From an uncultured delta proteobacterium (GTDB lineage: Bacteria; Myxococcota_A; Polyangia; Polyangiales; B10-G4): DNA of 64,000 bases. Below the pieces are notes generated by a model. The model was not told where the DNA came from. It saw nothing but the letters and a program-made list of their open reading frames with translations, and ran no database searches. The position numbers were made by a program, and so were the translations under genes. Location: assembly GCA_963727445.1 (NCBI GenBank), contig CAVSGI010000014.1:320001-384000 (forward strand). The letters are read 5' to 3'. This document shows, piece after piece, positions 29,927 to 38,851 of the stretch. Each line of letters begins with the position of its first letter. Positions within the stretch are counted from its first letter, which is position 1.

Positions 29927-30706
29927 TCAACCGGCGTCGATCATCAGCTCGCGCGTCAGGTCCTCGAAGACCGCCCGGACCCGGATGAGGCCGCTGTCGC
30001 TCGGCCGGACGTAGACCCGGGCACCGGTCGAGGCGTCGCCACCGAAGAGGCCGCCGTCGTCGATGATCGCGATGTCCGCGCCTTCGATGATCTGCCAGTT
30101 GATCGCCGCGGCGCTGAAGAGCGGCAGCCCGCGCGCATCGAGGAGCGTGCAGCCGAGCTCGATCTTGGTCTCGCGGTCGGCCCCAGAGAGGTTCACGGTG
30201 TACGACCCGCTGGTGTCGAGGCTGTCCATGTCCCACGACGCGCCGCCACCGCCCACGGCGCCGCAGCGGATGTCCACCGCCTCGCGCACCTCCATGCCGA
30301 CGCTGTCGAAATAGCTTCCCGATTGCGCGAGCTCGAGGCGCGCCTGCCCCTCCTCGGTCGTGAAGACGCGCAGATCCAGGCGGCCGGCGCTCGCATCCGC
30401 GCTCGCCGAGCGCATCTCCGCCGCGCCGCTCGCCGTCACGCCGAACGCGCTGAGATCGCAGTCTGAGACCAAGCGCCCCGACGAGTCGCGCTGGGGCCGC
30501 GCGCAGTAGATGTTGCTGTCCACCGACAGCTCCACCCGCGCCGCCACCGGCACGGTCATGGCGCAGCCGCCTTCGGCGCCGGGGCAGAGCCCGTCGTCGA
30601 TCCGCCAGGCGCTTCGGTTCTCGGCGCCGCCGGTCGAGTCACCGGCCATACAGCCCCCGAGGGTCATCGCGAAGGTCAAAGCCAACGAGAAGCGCATCAT
30701 CCTCAT
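29927..30706 (-). CDS. Hypothetical lipoprotein
   Basis: Lipobox LGGC, beta-rich, GGAGG RBS. Confidence 0.75.
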   Translation of the reverse strand: MRMMRFSLALTFAMTLGGCMAGDSTGGAENRSAWRIDDGLCPGAEGGCAMTVPVAARVELSVDSNIYCARPQRDSSGRLVSDCDLSAFGVTASGAAEMRSASADASAGRLDLRVFTTEEGQARLELAQSGSYFDSVGMEVREAVDIRCGAVGGGGASWDMDSLDTSGSYTVNLSGADRETKIELGCTLLDARGLPLFSAAAINWQIIEGADIAIIDDGGLFGGDASTGARVYVRPSDSGLIRVRAVFEDLTRELMIDAG

Positions 30707-30724
30707 CCTCCGCTTCGTTCATTG

Positions 30725-30740
30725 TGCAGCCTTCATGCCT
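30725..30740 (-). promoter_or_regulatory. Putative sigma54 promoter
   Basis: Minus strand AGGCATGAAGGCTGCA (GG-N10-GC) about 20 nt upstream of the CDS. Confidence 0.45.
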
Positions 30741-30853
30741 CCCGTCGAACCAAGGGTTTGTCGATGTGGGGCGAGGTGGGATGTGAGCGGCGGTTCACGC
30801 CCAGAACGGCGGGATGGGCGCGGTGGCACAATCCGCTGGCACAGCGCTCCCCC

Positions 30854-31933
30854 TCAGCGACGCCACACCTCGTATCCGATGAGCCGCCCGTGGCGCGCGT
30901 CGACCACCCCGACGTAGCTGCCGCCCGACTCCTCGCCGTAGACCACCAGCCGGTCGCCCCTCGCAACGGCGCGCACCTCGTTGGCGTATCGCGAGTGACC
31001 GATGGAGCCGATGCTGCCGACCGACGACCGCCACTCGATCGCTCCACTCTCTGGCGCCAGGCCGAAGCCGTAAGCGCCCGACGCGCCCGAACAATACGAG
31101 ATCGCCACCACGTGCTCGCCCGCCTCCACGATCACCAGGTGATCGTCGAAGATCTGCGCTGGCTCGATGGGGCTCCGCCAGCGCACGGCGCCCGTGCGTT
31201 CGAGCGCCATGCCCTCGCCGTGGCGAAGCACGCGGTACGCATCGTCCGGCCCCCCGCGGCTGCCTCGGGCCGTCCCCGCCACCGCATCCGGTGGCGCATC
31301 CGGCGCCGGCGCGCGGATTTCCGTCCCGAAACGCCTGCGCGCCTCGAGCGAGCCGCCCTCGGCATCGAGCACGTGGAGCATGTCCCCCGCGCCGCGCAGG
31401 TACACGAGGATCCGACTCTCGTCGAAGTCGAGCTGGATCCTCACCTCGCCACGTTCCTCGAGCTCGTGCGCCCGATGCCACAGCTCGTCGCCGCTCTCTG
31501 CGTCGATGGCGACGACGACGTAGCCGCGCTCCGCCCGCGCCGCGACGTAGAGCGGAGAGCCGAGGGTGCTGCCGATCACCGGCTCGCCTTCGAGCCCGAG
31601 CGCGAAGCGCTTCGTCCACGCCGGTGCGCTCGGCGGGTCATCCTCCTCACGGTTCTCTCGGATCACCTCGAGCTCGGCGCCCGCCCGCCGCGCCACGAAG
31701 CGGCGCGGCGCATCGACGATGTGCTGCGCGGTGTGACCACAGAGCGCGCCGTCACCGAAGGACGCCGTGTCGCGGTCCGGAACCGTCACGTACCAGCGAA
31801 AAGGCTGCTCCGTCGTGGGCACCTCCACGGGCTCCTGAGGAGCCGGCGCTGGCGGTGGTTGGGGCGCGAAGACCGGCTGGGTGTTCGCTGGCTCGTCACA
31901 CGCGAGCAACATCGTCAGGACGAGCCACGACAT
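30854..31933 (-). CDS. PQQ/BamB-like beta-propeller lipoprotein
   Basis: Lipobox LLAC and repeated AIDAESGDELW / LAPESGAIEW motifs. Confidence 0.7.
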   Translation of the reverse strand: MSWLVLTMLLACDEPANTQPVFAPQPPPAPAPQEPVEVPTTEQPFRWYVTVPDRDTASFGDGALCGHTAQHIVDAPRRFVARRAGAELEVIRENREEDDPPSAPAWTKRFALGLEGEPVIGSTLGSPLYVAARAERGYVVVAIDAESGDELWHRAHELEERGEVRIQLDFDESRILVYLRGAGDMLHVLDAEGGSLEARRRFGTEIRAPAPDAPPDAVAGTARGSRGGPDDAYRVLRHGEGMALERTGAVRWRSPIEPAQIFDDHLVIVEAGEHVVAISYCSGASGAYGFGLAPESGAIEWRSSVGSIGSIGHSRYANEVRAVARGDRLVVYGEESGGSYVGVVDARHGRLIGYEVWRR

Positions 31934-31994
31934 GGCGGCATCATACGTCACAGAGCGCTAGCGGAACTGCGCCAGTCGTCGCATGCTGTCTGGC

Positions 31995-33149
31995 ATGCGC
32001 TTCCTTTTCTCGGTTTGGCTCGTGGCCACTCTCTTCGCCTGCAGCGACCCCGGCGTCCCCCTTCCCGACGGCGGGATGGACGCGGGCCGCACGGATGGCA
32101 GCGGGGGCTGCGAAGCGCCGACCGAGCTTTGCGGCACGCGCTGCGTCAACGTCATGAACGACGGGCGCAACTGCGGTAGCTGCGGAATGGAATGCGCGGC
32201 CGGCAGCTTCTGCTCGAGCGGAGTCTGCAGCCGCACCTGCCCCTCCGGCACCACCGCCTGCGGGGGTGACTGCGCCGACTTCGCCACCGACCGCAACCAC
32301 TGCGGCGATTGCGATACCGTGTGCGCGGCGGACCAGGACTGTCGCGGCGGCGCCTGCACCTGCCCCGAGGGCTACACCACCTGTGACGGATCCTGCGTGG
32401 ATCCGGAGACCGACGCCTCGAACTGCGGCGTCTGCGGTCGGACCTGCGCCACGGACGAGGTGTGCAGCATGGGGATGTGCACCTGCGGCGCCGGGGCCCG
32501 CGAGTCCGAGTGCAACGACATGATGGACGACGACTGCGACGGGATGATCGACTGCGACGACCCCGACTGCGCCGACGCCACCCGCCCCTGCATGGGTATG
32601 TGCGGTGCGGGCGTCGAGACCTGCGACGGCGCAGGGAGCTGGGGGATGTGCGAGGGTGGCGACGGCGGGATGGAGATCTGCGGCGACGGGATCGACCAGG
32701 ATTGCGACGGCGTCGACACGCGCAACCCGGACATGTACGAGCCGAACGACGACTGCGGCTCCTGCGCGCTCATCTCGATGGAAACCGACCCGGTGATCAC
32801 CATCCAGGCGCGCTTCGATTCCGTGGACGACAACGTCGATTGCTACCGCTTCATCGCCGACGACTCGATCTACGGCGAGAACATCGACGTCAGCCTCACC
32901 AACATCCCGGCGGGCCACGACTACGACGTCTTCCTCTACCGCAACTACGACGACTGCGTCTCCCGCACCCCTCTCGTGAGCGGCACCAACTTCGACAACG
33001 CCGACGAGAACATCTGCTGGCCCGAGCGCTTCGCCCTCGACGACGGCGGAACGTATTACATCCGCGTCACCCGCTTCCGCGGTCAGAGCTGCACCGACGA
33101 CTACTCCCTCCACGTCGACGGTCTCAACGACCCGCGCCCCTGCCCCTGA
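31995..33149 (+). CDS. Cys-rich repeat lipoprotein (STIG1-like repeats, D.DCDG motifs, C-terminal PPC-like domain)
   Basis: Three C.D..TD..NCG.CG..C repeats, EICGDGIDQDCDG, DMYEPND, DYDVFLY...GTYYIRV. Start may be 31983. Confidence 0.82.
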   Translation: MRFLFSVWLVATLFACSDPGVPLPDGGMDAGRTDGSGGCEAPTELCGTRCVNVMNDGRNCGSCGMECAAGSFCSSGVCSRTCPSGTTACGGDCADFATDRNHCGDCDTVCAADQDCRGGACTCPEGYTTCDGSCVDPETDASNCGVCGRTCATDEVCSMGMCTCGAGARESECNDMMDDDCDGMIDCDDPDCADATRPCMGMCGAGVETCDGAGSWGMCEGGDGGMEICGDGIDQDCDGVDTRNPDMYEPNDDCGSCALISMETDPVITIQARFDSVDDNVDCYRFIADDSIYGENIDVSLTNIPAGHDYDVFLYRNYDDCVSRTPLVSGTNFDNADENICWPERFALDDGGTYYIRVTRFRGQSCTDDYSLHVDGLNDPRPCP

Positions 33150-33195
33150 AAGGGACGGTTGACGCCCACGGCACCCGGGCACTACAGAGGCGGCC

Positions 33196-34083
33196 ATGGC
33201 GAGCTCCCACAGAAACATCCTCATCACCGGCGCCAACAAGGGCGTCGGCCGCGCGACCGTGGCCGCCGTGCTCGGCGCACACGACGACACCTTCGTCTTC
33301 CTCGGCTCACGCGACAAAGGGCGCGGCGAGACGACCCGAAACGAGCTCGTCGCCGAACACCCCGACTGGGCCAACCGCATCGAGGTCGTCCCACTCGACG
33401 TCTCCGACGACGCCTCGGTGAAGGCCGCCGCGGAACATGTGCGCGCGACGCTCGGCGACGGCGGCACCCTCTACGGCCTCGTCAACAACGCTGGCATCGG
33501 CTACGGGCACGACATGAAGACCGTCGTCGACGTCAACGCCTACGGGCCGCGCCGCGTGTGCGAGACCTTCATGCCGCTCCTCGCTGCCGATGGACGCATC
33601 GCGAACGTCGCCTCCGCCGCCGGTCCCAACTTCGTCTCGCGGTGCAGCGCCGAAAACCAGAAAGCGCTCACCTCCCCCGACGTCACCTGGGCCGACGTCG
33701 AGCGGATCATCGACACCTGCCTCTCCATCGAGGCCGAGGGCGGCGACTTCGGCAAGGCCGGCCTCGACGGCGAGGCCTACGGCCTGTCGAAGGCCGCCCT
33801 CATCGCCTACACCATCGAGCTCGCGCGTCGTTACCCCGAGCGCACCATCAACGCCTGCACGCCCGGCTTCATCGAGACGGACCTGACGCGCGCGATGGCC
33901 AAAGCGCAGAACCGCAGCCCTGCCGACATGGGCATGCTGCAGCCGGCCGAAGGCACTCGCGCCACCATGCACCTGCTCTTCGGCGACGTTGGCGGCACCG
34001 GCTGGTACTTCGGCAGCGACGCCCAGCGCAGTCCCCTCGACCGCTACCGCTCCCCCGGCGATCCACCCTACACCGGGGATTGA
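33196..34083 (+). CDS. SDR oxidoreductase, carbonyl reductase-like
   Basis: TGANKGVG, LVNNAG, YGLSK (YxxxK), NACTPGFIETDL. Confidence 0.92.
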   Translation: MASSHRNILITGANKGVGRATVAAVLGAHDDTFVFLGSRDKGRGETTRNELVAEHPDWANRIEVVPLDVSDDASVKAAAEHVRATLGDGGTLYGLVNNAGIGYGHDMKTVVDVNAYGPRRVCETFMPLLAADGRIANVASAAGPNFVSRCSAENQKALTSPDVTWADVERIIDTCLSIEAEGGDFGKAGLDGEAYGLSKAALIAYTIELARRYPERTINACTPGFIETDLTRAMAKAQNRSPADMGMLQPAEGTRATMHLLFGDVGGTGWYFGSDAQRSPLDRYRSPGDPPYTGD

Positions 34084-34086
34084 GCG

Positions 34087-34123
34087 GCTTTCGGGGCTTT
34101 TTCGGGACTCAGCGCTTTTTCGG
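34087..34123 (+). promoter_or_regulatory. Triple direct repeat GCTTT(TT)CGG upstream of the Pro-rich lipoprotein/JmjC pair
   Basis: Copies at 34087, 34096 and 34114, flanked by TGAGC/GCTCA inverted ends. Confidence 0.4.
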
Positions 34124-34158
34124 CTCACGTCGCTACGCCGCCGCGTACCCTCGTTCCC

Positions 34159-34578
34159 ATGGCGAAGAAGAAGCAGCCCGAGCTCGAGCCACCCCTCGCG
34201 CCGACGCCGACGCCGAACGTGCCGATCTTTCGGCGCGGCGCCGCGCTCGGCAGCGCACTGGCCCTGGGGGTCACACTGGCGAGCTGCGGCGACGACGGCG
34301 AGCCGCCGATGGTCCTGAGGGACACCGGCACGACCTTCGACACGGGCACCGGCGACGGAAGCACCGACACCGGGCCGCCGCCGCCGATGCCGCCGCCCAT
34401 CGACTCGGGCACATTGGACGCGACGGCTGACGGCTCGACCGATGCGAGCGCGGATGGCGCTGCGGACGGCGCGGTGGACGCCGCTGGTGATGGTTCGGCC
34501 GATGCGGCGAGCGACGGATCCGTCCCCGACACCGGGCCTCCCCCGCCGATGCCTCCCCCGCCGATGCCCGCGCCGTGA
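34159..34578 (+). CDS. Small Asp/Pro-repeat lipoprotein (DTGPPPPMPPP x2)
   Basis: Lipobox LASC, then only DGxx repeats and two DTGPPPPMPPP units, ending PMPAP. Stop overlaps the JmjC start (GTGA). Confidence 0.8.
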   Translation: MAKKKQPELEPPLAPTPTPNVPIFRRGAALGSALALGVTLASCGDDGEPPMVLRDTGTTFDTGTGDGSTDTGPPPPMPPPIDSGTLDATADGSTDASADGAADGAVDAAGDGSADAASDGSVPDTGPPPPMPPPPMPAP

Positions 34579-35576
34579 GCGCCGAGGTCGACCCCGCCTG
34601 GCGGGCGTGGATCGCCGAAAACGTCCTTCGCGGCGTACCCCACCGCCGGATCGTCGAGCGCCTCGAAGCCGAGGGCCTGAGCGCCCACGACGCACGCACC
34701 CTCCTCGACGAGGTCGCCGGGGCGCCCGAGACCCACGGCGGCGCGCGCGTCACCCGGCGCCAGAGACGTCTCGAGCTCGTCGCCCGCCTCATGGAGGAGC
34801 TCGACGGTCTCGCCGCCGATCCCCACGCCGTCCCCCGCACGACCGCGATCGACGCGCCGCGCTTCTACGACCACTACTACGCCGCAAACCGCCCGGTGCT
34901 CATCGAGGGCTACGCGCGCGAGTGGCCGGCGATGCTCTGGACCTTCGAGCACCTGCGCGCCCGCTTCGGGGACGCCGAGGTCTCGGTGACCGTGCGCCGC
35001 GAGGACAACCCGAGCTACGACATGGAGCAATCGAAGCATCGGGAGACGATGCCGCTGCGCGACGTGATCGACCGCATCGCCTCCGAGCCCGAGAGCAACG
35101 ACTTCTACATGGTCGCGCAGGGACGCAACACCGACCTGCCCGCCCTCGCCCCTCTCTTCGACGACGTCCTGATGGACGACGGCATCCTGGTCCGCGACGA
35201 GATCGCTGGCGCGACCGCGCTCTGGCTCGGCCCGGCGGGCACCTTCACCCCGCCGCATCACGACACCTGCAACGTCCTCTTCGTCCAGCTCATCGGGCGA
35301 AAGCGCTTCAGACTCGCCTCACCCTTCGCCCTGTCTCTCCACGACCGCGCCCGTGCCACCTACGTCGTCGAGGCCGACGGCTCACAGCGAGGTCTGCCGA
35401 CCTTCGGCGACGACGTCCCCGACAAGGAGGTTCTGCTCGAACCGGGCGACGCGCTCTTCATCCCCGTCGGCTGGTGGCACAGCGTGGTCTCGCTCGACCC
35501 GAGCGTGAGCCTCGGCTTCGCCAACTTCCGCGGCAACAACTCCTTCGACTGGTTTCGGCCGGGCGCAGTGAAGTAG
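34575..35576 (+). CDS. JmjC/cupin-like 2OG-Fe(II) oxygenase
   Basis: NRPVLI.G, LWLGPAG.FTPPHHD (HxD), GRKRF, LEPGDALFIPVGWWH (distal His). N-terminal WRAWIAEN helical domain. Confidence 0.9.
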   Translation: MSAEVDPAWRAWIAENVLRGVPHRRIVERLEAEGLSAHDARTLLDEVAGAPETHGGARVTRRQRRLELVARLMEELDGLAADPHAVPRTTAIDAPRFYDHYYAANRPVLIEGYAREWPAMLWTFEHLRARFGDAEVSVTVRREDNPSYDMEQSKHRETMPLRDVIDRIASEPESNDFYMVAQGRNTDLPALAPLFDDVLMDDGILVRDEIAGATALWLGPAGTFTPPHHDTCNVLFVQLIGRKRFRLASPFALSLHDRARATYVVEADGSQRGLPTFGDDVPDKEVLLEPGDALFIPVGWWHSVVSLDPSVSLGFANFRGNNSFDWFRPGAVK

Positions 35577-35606
35577 CACGCCGCGCTTGGTACTCTCCGA
35601 ACACCG

Positions 35607-36677
35607 ATGCGTGGGGCCCAGCACATCCTTCTGTCGACAATCGTCCTCGTGGCGGTGGGCTGCGACGACTGCGGCGAAGAGGCGTCGCCGGAGCTCACGC
35701 CGCCGTCGAGCGAAACGGCCACCGAAGGAGCCGAGAGCGAAAGCGCGACGGACGAGTCCATCGCTGCCCGCTGCGCGGAGGCGAGGACGCGCGCCGAGGA
35801 GATCCTCGGCGAGCACGCGAGCCTCGAAGGCGCAGACGTCCTCGGCCACTGCATCGGCGAGAGCGAGGGCGGCGCTTGGATCCTGATGCCCATCGCCGCG
35901 ACGAGCGAGGAGCGCGAGGGCGAAGACCCCTATGGCAACCCCGGCGACATCGCGCACGGCACGGCCACCACCATCCGCTACCGGGTCACCTTCCTCGCCC
36001 CCGGCGGCGAGACCATCGAGGAGGAGAGCGAGCGCACCTTTTCGCGCGACACCTTCGACGCCAGCAGCCAGTCCGTGCAGGTCCAGCACGCCTTCGACTA
36101 CGACGGCGACGGTCGCTCGGAGGTCATCCTCCTCTTCAACGACTTCGTCTACGAGGACTCGGACTACAGCCAGAAGTTCTGGACGATTCGGGATGGGGCC
36201 ATCCGCGACTACGCGCCGGCGGATGGCATCGACGTCGCCTCGCTGGTCGACCGCGACGGCGATGGACGCATGGACATCGTCTCCGCCGCCAAGTTCTACG
36301 GCGAGCCAGCCGGCGCGAACGGAGATCCCATCGGCAACCCCGAGGTCCTCTTCCACTCACTGCCAGACGGAACTTTCACGCCCTCGGACGAAGTGGCCGC
36401 ATCGTTTCTTCGCGAACGTTGTCCGGCCCCGCCCGCGACCCTCATCGCCGACCACTCGGACCTGCTCGGCGCCGAGCTCTCCGTCACCTGCGCCACGCTT
36501 TGGGGTGCGAACGCAGCAGACCTTCACGCCCGCATCGACGCGGAGCTCGAAGGCGTCCCCGAACGTGACCGCGCCTACCTGGCGGACGCCCTCCACGCGA
36601 GCGCGGACATCGAACCGGTGGTGCTCCTCGGGAGCAGCGAAGAAGAGGGCACCGCTCCCACGGGACCAACCCACTGA
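35607..36677 (+). CDS. Lipoprotein with DxDGDG (FG-GAP/EF-hand-like) Ca-binding motifs
   Basis: Lipobox AVGC, DYDGDGRSE and DRDGDGRMD. Confidence 0.72.
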   Translation: MRGAQHILLSTIVLVAVGCDDCGEEASPELTPPSSETATEGAESESATDESIAARCAEARTRAEEILGEHASLEGADVLGHCIGESEGGAWILMPIAATSEEREGEDPYGNPGDIAHGTATTIRYRVTFLAPGGETIEEESERTFSRDTFDASSQSVQVQHAFDYDGDGRSEVILLFNDFVYEDSDYSQKFWTIRDGAIRDYAPADGIDVASLVDRDGDGRMDIVSAAKFYGEPAGANGDPIGNPEVLFHSLPDGTFTPSDEVAASFLRERCPAPPATLIADHSDLLGAELSVTCATLWGANAADLHARIDAELEGVPERDRAYLADALHASADIEPVVLLGSSEEEGTAPTGPTH

Positions 36678-36683
36678 CATCCG

Positions 36684-37802
36684 TCACTCCCCGGGCATCA
36701 ACACCCAAACATCCGTCACCGGCGCGCTGCCATCGTATCCGCCGAGCATCGTCCCAAGTGCCGGAGCCGCCGCCGGCAGCACCGCGGTGAACGCCCGCGC
36801 GGCAAAGGCGTCGGGAAGCGCCAGCTCGGTCCATCGCTTCTCCTCGAGGTCGAGGTACCAGAAGTCGCCGTAGGGTTGCATGCGTCCGTCGAAGCCGGTC
36901 GCCACGTAGAGCCCGCGGCCGCTCTGTTCCAGGACCGTCCAGGAAACGCGGCGCCCCGGTGGCACATCGCCTTCGATGACAACCTCGCTCCAGGTCTCGC
37001 TCATCGCGTCGAAGAGCCAGACGTCGGAGAAGAACGCCGCGCCCGTCGCCGAGTACGCGCCGCCGTAGAGCATCAAGGTCTCGTCGTCGAGCGGAAGAAA
37101 GCGGCCGTCGTAGCGCGCAGATGGCCCCGTCGCGTCGAGGGTGATCCACGCGCGCCCCTCCGGATCGTAGCGGTGAATGGTGTCGCTCGTTCCCCCTTCC
37201 CCGCCGCCGCCGAAGAGATACATCGCGCCGCGCGCTCGGCTGTAGGCGAGCATGCACCCGACCACCTCACCCGGTGTCTCCGGCACCTCCACCTGCGTCC
37301 AGGTCCCGGCTTCGAGGTCGAGCTCCCAGGTCTCCGCAGGAACGTTCTCGGGGCCCACCAGGTCGCGGCCGCCGGTGAGCACGACGCGGCCGCGGTCCGG
37401 ATCGTACGCGGCACATCCGCAATAGCGCGGCGCCGGCCCGTCCCCTTCGATGGCGATCGCTTCGAGCGCGCCGCTGCTGGCGTCGTAGAGCCACGTCCCG
37501 TCGAGGGTCGTCCCGCCGAGCTGCGATGCGGTCGTCCCGCCGAAGACCACCGCCCGCGACGCATCGATGGGCGCAACCATCGGCCCCCACACCCGGAGCG
37601 GCCCATCGGCCGGCGGGTCGATGGCCTCGAAGTGCACCGCGGTCGGATTCGGGGCCGCACCGGTGTCCTCGGCCATCGCATCGGGCGATGCATCGCCCGC
37701 GTCCGCCGCCGAGGCGTCCGCCGCCCCCCGCGTTCCTTCTTCGCACGCAGACGAAACCACCGCGACGACGACGACGCCCAGCGCCCATCGATCTCGAATC
37801 AT
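36684..37802 (-). CDS. Kelch-repeat beta-propeller lipoprotein
   Basis: Lipobox SSAC, repeated VFGG/LTGG/LFGG/LYGG...W motifs, GAGGAGG RBS. Confidence 0.85.
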   Translation of the reverse strand: MIRDRWALGVVVVAVVSSACEEGTRGAADASAADAGDASPDAMAEDTGAAPNPTAVHFEAIDPPADGPLRVWGPMVAPIDASRAVVFGGTTASQLGGTTLDGTWLYDASSGALEAIAIEGDGPAPRYCGCAAYDPDRGRVVLTGGRDLVGPENVPAETWELDLEAGTWTQVEVPETPGEVVGCMLAYSRARGAMYLFGGGGEGGTSDTIHRYDPEGRAWITLDATGPSARYDGRFLPLDDETLMLYGGAYSATGAAFFSDVWLFDAMSETWSEVVIEGDVPPGRRVSWTVLEQSGRGLYVATGFDGRMQPYGDFWYLDLEEKRWTELALPDAFAARAFTAVLPAAAPALGTMLGGYDGSAPVTDVWVLMPGE

Positions 37803-37975
37803 CTTCCGACCTCCTCGTCGCGAGCTCCGAGGCAAGAGCCGTTCCACCATTCGGTCAGCCTTTTTCGAGCGCCCACTGCGCGAAATGGAGCGCCCCGTCA
37901 GGTTTCGCACGCCCCGAGCGTCAGCCCGAAGCCCGCGCGTTTGACGCCGTCCGCCTCCATTGGTAATCGCCAGCC

Positions 37976-38716
37976 ATGGGCGAAACGAAGATCGAAGTCG
38001 AAGTCGACGGCGGCACCCTCGATGGCCGCCTCATCCTCCCCGAAGGCGACGGCCCCTTCCCCCTCGTCGTCTACTACATGGACGCGGGCGGCCTGCGGCC
38101 TGCGACCTCGCAGATGGGCGAGCGCTTCGCGAGCGCTGGCTACGCCGTCGTGCAGCCGAACCTCTACTGGCGCTCGGGTCCCTACGAGCCCTTCGACTGC
38201 AAGACGGTCTTCACGGACGAAGCCGAACGCGGGCGCTTGATGAAGCTCATCTCCGCAGTCAAAGCCGACCAGGCCATGGACGACACGCGCGCCATCGTCG
38301 GCGCGATCGAGGACGACCCGCGCGTCAACGCCGAGCGCTTCGGCTGCGTCGGTTACTGCATGGGGGGCCGCATCTCCTTCGTCGCCGCGACCAAGCTCGG
38401 CGATCGCGTGGCGGCCGCCGCCTCGATCCACGGCGGCGGCATCGTGAGCGACGCGCCGGACAGCCCTCATCTCGGCGCGAAGGACATCCGCTGCCCGCTC
38501 TACCTCGGCGTGGCCGACGAGGACCGGAGCTGCACGCCGGAGCACCAGGCCACCCTCCGTGAAGCGCTCGACGCCGCAGGGGTTCGCTACCAGATGGAGC
38601 TCTACGAAGGGAAACACCACGGCTTCGCGATGTCGGACTTCCCCGTCTACGACGAAGAAGCTTCCGAGAAGCACTACGAGCGGGTCCTCGCGCTCTTCGC
38701 CGAAACGCTTCGCTGA
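37976..38716 (+). CDS. Dienelactone hydrolase family protein
   Basis: GYCMGG nucleophile, AD.D, HGF triad. Confidence 0.92.
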   Translation: MGETKIEVEVDGGTLDGRLILPEGDGPFPLVVYYMDAGGLRPATSQMGERFASAGYAVVQPNLYWRSGPYEPFDCKTVFTDEAERGRLMKLISAVKADQAMDDTRAIVGAIEDDPRVNAERFGCVGYCMGGRISFVAATKLGDRVAAAASIHGGGIVSDAPDSPHLGAKDIRCPLYLGVADEDRSCTPEHQATLREALDAAGVRYQMELYEGKHHGFAMSDFPVYDEEASEKHYERVLALFAETLR

Positions 38717-38851
38717 GACCCACGTCCGGCAGGGGTGCGGCCGGCCGAGGCGCGTCAGCGCGCCCCCCGGCCGAATGAATGTCGGCGATCGCCGCGCAAC
38801 GAGTAGGCCGTTCAGGGGGCGCGGGAAGTCGCAGGCGCCTGGAGGCGAACG

